A stretch of DNA of 64,000 nt from a virus. The stretch lies in the IMG/VR virus record IMGVR_UViG_3300037313_000284, positions 1-64,000 of that record, one strand, 5' to 3'. The notes under the pieces were generated by a model. That model was not told where the DNA came from. It worked only from the letters and a program-made list of their open reading frames with translations, and made no database searches. Shown here one piece after another: positions 61,636 through 64,000 of this stretch. Made by a program: the position numbers and the translations under genes. The first letter of the stretch is position 1. Each line of letters begins with the position of its first letter.

Positions 61636-63477
61636 CTAGGCGTCGTTCTCAGCCTTCAGGTTAATGTAAAGGCGAACTTCTTCGAGACGAACGTCTTGGT
61701 TCAATGTATCCGCTGCGTCACCCACAACGCGGGTAATCGTAATTATCAACGTGATCTTGCCGGACGTAGCGCCCGCTGCTGTAACGGCTGTGCTTTCCGG
61801 AGTGTAGTATTCGTTATTGCCCGTACCTGCTGTTTTAGTAACTACGACTTCTGTTCCACTAGCAGCGTCCTTAGCATAGTTATCAGCTAAGGCTACTGCC
61901 TTTAATCCCCACGCGACGCCACCAGCGCCCGTAGTTATTTGCGAGAACTTGACGTCGAACGTAAAGGGGCCGCCGTCCCAGCTAGACGGCATGGGGACAC
62001 GAGCTTGGGCTCTTTCTGGTGTCGTAGGGTCGAAATTGAGCGTCGACACCATGATTTTATTAGTCGGCAGTTCAACTTCTACAGCTTCAGGCCCGTTAGT
62101 TAACTGCCGGAAGAATTGCGACACATGAATTGGAAGCATGTGTTTATCAGGTGAGATTTGCTCACCGTTAACACGCACAGTGTTGCCCGTACCGGACGTA
62201 GCTCTACCGATTGTACTAGGGGAAGCTGAATTCTTATCGGTATCAATACGGCCAGTGTTATTAGATGACGTATTGCCGATATAGAACCCGTGAGTAGAGT
62301 AGTTAGTAGTACCGTGCGAACCGACACCAATAGAACACCCGTAGAATCGGTTATCATCCGATGCCCCGGATAAACACCAACCCGCACGAGTCTGTGCGCT
62401 GTTGTCAGAGCCAAGACCATCAGCCGGATACAGACACCCAGCGTCTGTAGCACGACAGCCAGTAAAATTGTTGCGCTTTGCGTCAAACAGATACCAAACG
62501 CAACCCCAACTTTCAGCACCTTCGCAATTCACAAAGTGATTGTTAGTAGCGCCGTTTAGCGACCAGCAGCAATACTCAGAAACAACGGCGTTGACCGGAG
62601 CGTAACCGCACCTAAAGCCTCGACAATTACTAAAGAAATTGCGAGTCGCACTAGTCCACAGATAAAACGCGGGGCCGTATGCTTGCGCGGTAACGTTAGA
62701 GAACGTGTGATCGTTGGAGTTAAGGTCGATCCCGTAGCCGCAATTGAAAATCGCGACGTCACTAACTGTCGTACGGCTGATGCCGAGTAGCTTAATCGCC
62801 GCTCGGCCGTACTCACGGATGACCAGATTATCAAGACCAGGCCTGTTATTACTAGTAGCTCCACTATAGTCTAGATTGATGCAGTCAATGTCTTTGAGAA
62901 CGTTGCCGCTTCCATCCGTGTGGAAATCACGCATGCCGTGGAAGATAACATTCTGGATATTGACTGAATCGAATAAAGACGCGGGTTTGACATGGTATTT
63001 ATTAACAGTAGCTGAGCCGGGCTTCAGGACTAACCCTGAAGCATTACGTCCGATACCAACAATCGGAGAAAAGCCATAAACCGTAAGCGGTCCGGTGATG
63101 TAGTAGTCATCCAGTAATACTGATCTGGAGTTGTGTGCGGCAGCGTAATTAATAGCGTTCTGCACTGCAACCGTATCGTCTTCGCCGATAAGCACCTGCG
63201 CGGTACCAGTCAACGCCAACACGGCGGGGGTAGCCAACGTAACTTGCGTAGCAGACGTGTAAGCTTGAATGGTGGTCGTAAGTACCTGACCGCTAGTATT
63301 AGCCACGGCTACGTAAATGGGGCGACCCACGTCAGTGGGTTTGAACGAACCAGCCGGGCCGGTAAGGACAGCAGAACCCGCTGTAGTCGTAGCGCCGGAA
63401 ATACGGCGCGCGCCGCCTACGGCACCAAACCGTTTCGGTGTAATAATACCTAAACGCTCAGTCGTGATCGTAACCAT
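61636..63477 (-). CDS. tailspike/depolymerase with a pectate-lyase-3-type beta-helix and a C-terminal beta-sandwich
   Basis: P..FGAVG [inserted domain] DDT.AVQNAIN, G.GRNASGL and repeated N.F.NC/GC rungs. Confidence 0.75.
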   Translation of the reverse strand: MVTITTERLGIITPKRFGAVGGARRISGATTTAGSAVLTGPAGSFKPTDVGRPIYVAVANTSGQVLTTTIQAYTSATQVTLATPAVLALTGTAQVLIGEDDTVAVQNAINYAAAHNSRSVLLDDYYITGPLTVYGFSPIVGIGRNASGLVLKPGSATVNKYHVKPASLFDSVNIQNVIFHGMRDFHTDGSGNVLKDIDCINLDYSGATSNNRPGLDNLVIREYGRAAIKLLGISRTTVSDVAIFNCGYGIDLNSNDHTFSNVTAQAYGPAFYLWTSATRNFFSNCRGFRCGYAPVNAVVSEYCCWSLNGATNNHFVNCEGAESWGCVWYLFDAKRNNFTGCRATDAGCLYPADGLGSDNSAQTRAGWCLSGASDDNRFYGCSIGVGSHGTTNYSTHGFYIGNTSSNNTGRIDTDKNSASPSTIGRATSGTGNTVRVNGEQISPDKHMLPIHVSQFFRQLTNGPEAVEVELPTNKIMVSTLNFDPTTPERAQARVPMPSSWDGGPFTFDVKFSQITTGAGGVAWGLKAVALADNYAKDAASGTEVVVTKTAGTGNNEYYTPESTAVTAAGATSGKITLIITITRVVGDAADTLNQDVRLEEVRLYINLKAENDA

Positions 63478-63974
63478 TATTGATACACCCTAACGATAAT
63501 AGTACCACTAGCGATTTCGCAGATCGCTTGCACGGCTCCCAGATAATCCGCCGCGATTGCAGCCTCTTCTTCTGGACCAATAATAACGTCGTACGAACCC
63601 GACGTGAAAGCCGCTGGTGACGTAGAGGCCGCGCAACGAATAGCAATGTCCCCAGGTGTCTTGTTAATAATTTGAACGCCCGGTGGTAGGCGGGAGGTTT
63701 GCTCGATGACGAGTTCTTGAGAACTAGTTGAGGCCGCTACCGACGATGCAATAACATCGGTTACCACATCAACTGAACCCCCACCGCCACCTCCGCCGCT
63801 GGGAGCGGTTACGTTACTACCGAGTTTAACCACTACTAATTGCTCAGTAAGGATTGCGGGATTCAAATCCGCAGGCAGCGACGGTAGGTTGAGTACCGTT
63901 GTCGCGCCTGCGGCTAGCGTAAGCGAAGTAGATGAATAATTAGCACCGTTATTGGTGACTTGATAGTAAGGCAT
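63477..63974 (-). CDS. anchor-family virion protein
   Basis: MPYYQVTNNG....SLTLAAG.....PSLPADLNP.I..EQL and a poly-Gly linker; TAATG-coupled to the tailspike. Confidence 0.65.
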   Translation of the reverse strand: MPYYQVTNNGANYSSTSLTLAAGATTVLNLPSLPADLNPAILTEQLVVVKLGSNVTAPSGGGGGGGSVDVVTDVIASSVAASTSSQELVIEQTSRLPPGVQIINKTPGDIAIRCAASTSPAAFTSGSYDVIIGPEEEAAIAADYLGAVQAICEIASGTIIVRVYQ

Positions 63975-64000
63975 ATGTCCACCTACTAAAGATTGAGCTT

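Noticed and set aside
1-64000. Stop-codon reassignment
   Set aside because: Genes tile the window under the standard code, and TAG, TGA and TAA all end genes right before the next start.

Overview
This 64 kb window is a gene-dense piece of a large (probably jumbo) contractile-tailed dsDNA phage genome, about 50% GC by eye. It has two convergent blocks that meet at a bidirectional terminator near 16.65 kb. The + strand block (1-16.6 kb) holds the C-terminal part of a DnaB-like helicase, a terminase large subunit, a two-component spanin, small membrane proteins, a nucleotide-metabolism cluster (dNMP kinase, class Ia RNR nrdB/nrdA, two HAD phosphatases) and small accessory genes. The - strand block (16.7-64 kb) is the virion module: holin candidate and endolysin, tail fibres, baseplate, a tape-measure-like protein with a lysozyme domain, three tube paralogs (with an HNH/AP2 homing endonuclease inserted among them), sheath, major capsid protein, scaffold, prohead protease and a large appendage cluster. 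From recalled motifs the RNR looks Caulobacteraceae-like, which hints at the host. The strongest candidates for undescribed biology are: (1) a translationally coupled tailspike / chaperone / 50% Ser+Thr mirror-symmetric protein / glycosyltransferase cassette, a possible glycosylated virion filament; (2) a three-gene appendage in which one repeated domain is split twice at the same loop across gene boundaries, a possible fold-complementation chain; (3) five small proteins sharing an N-terminal anchor domain; (4) recurrent ETA motifs in head proteins, suggesting a protease-processed polyprotein; (5) a structured RNA after the capsid gene. I found no tRNA, rRNA, CRISPR array, integrase or intein. 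All product calls come from motif recognition and gene context; no database searches were run.
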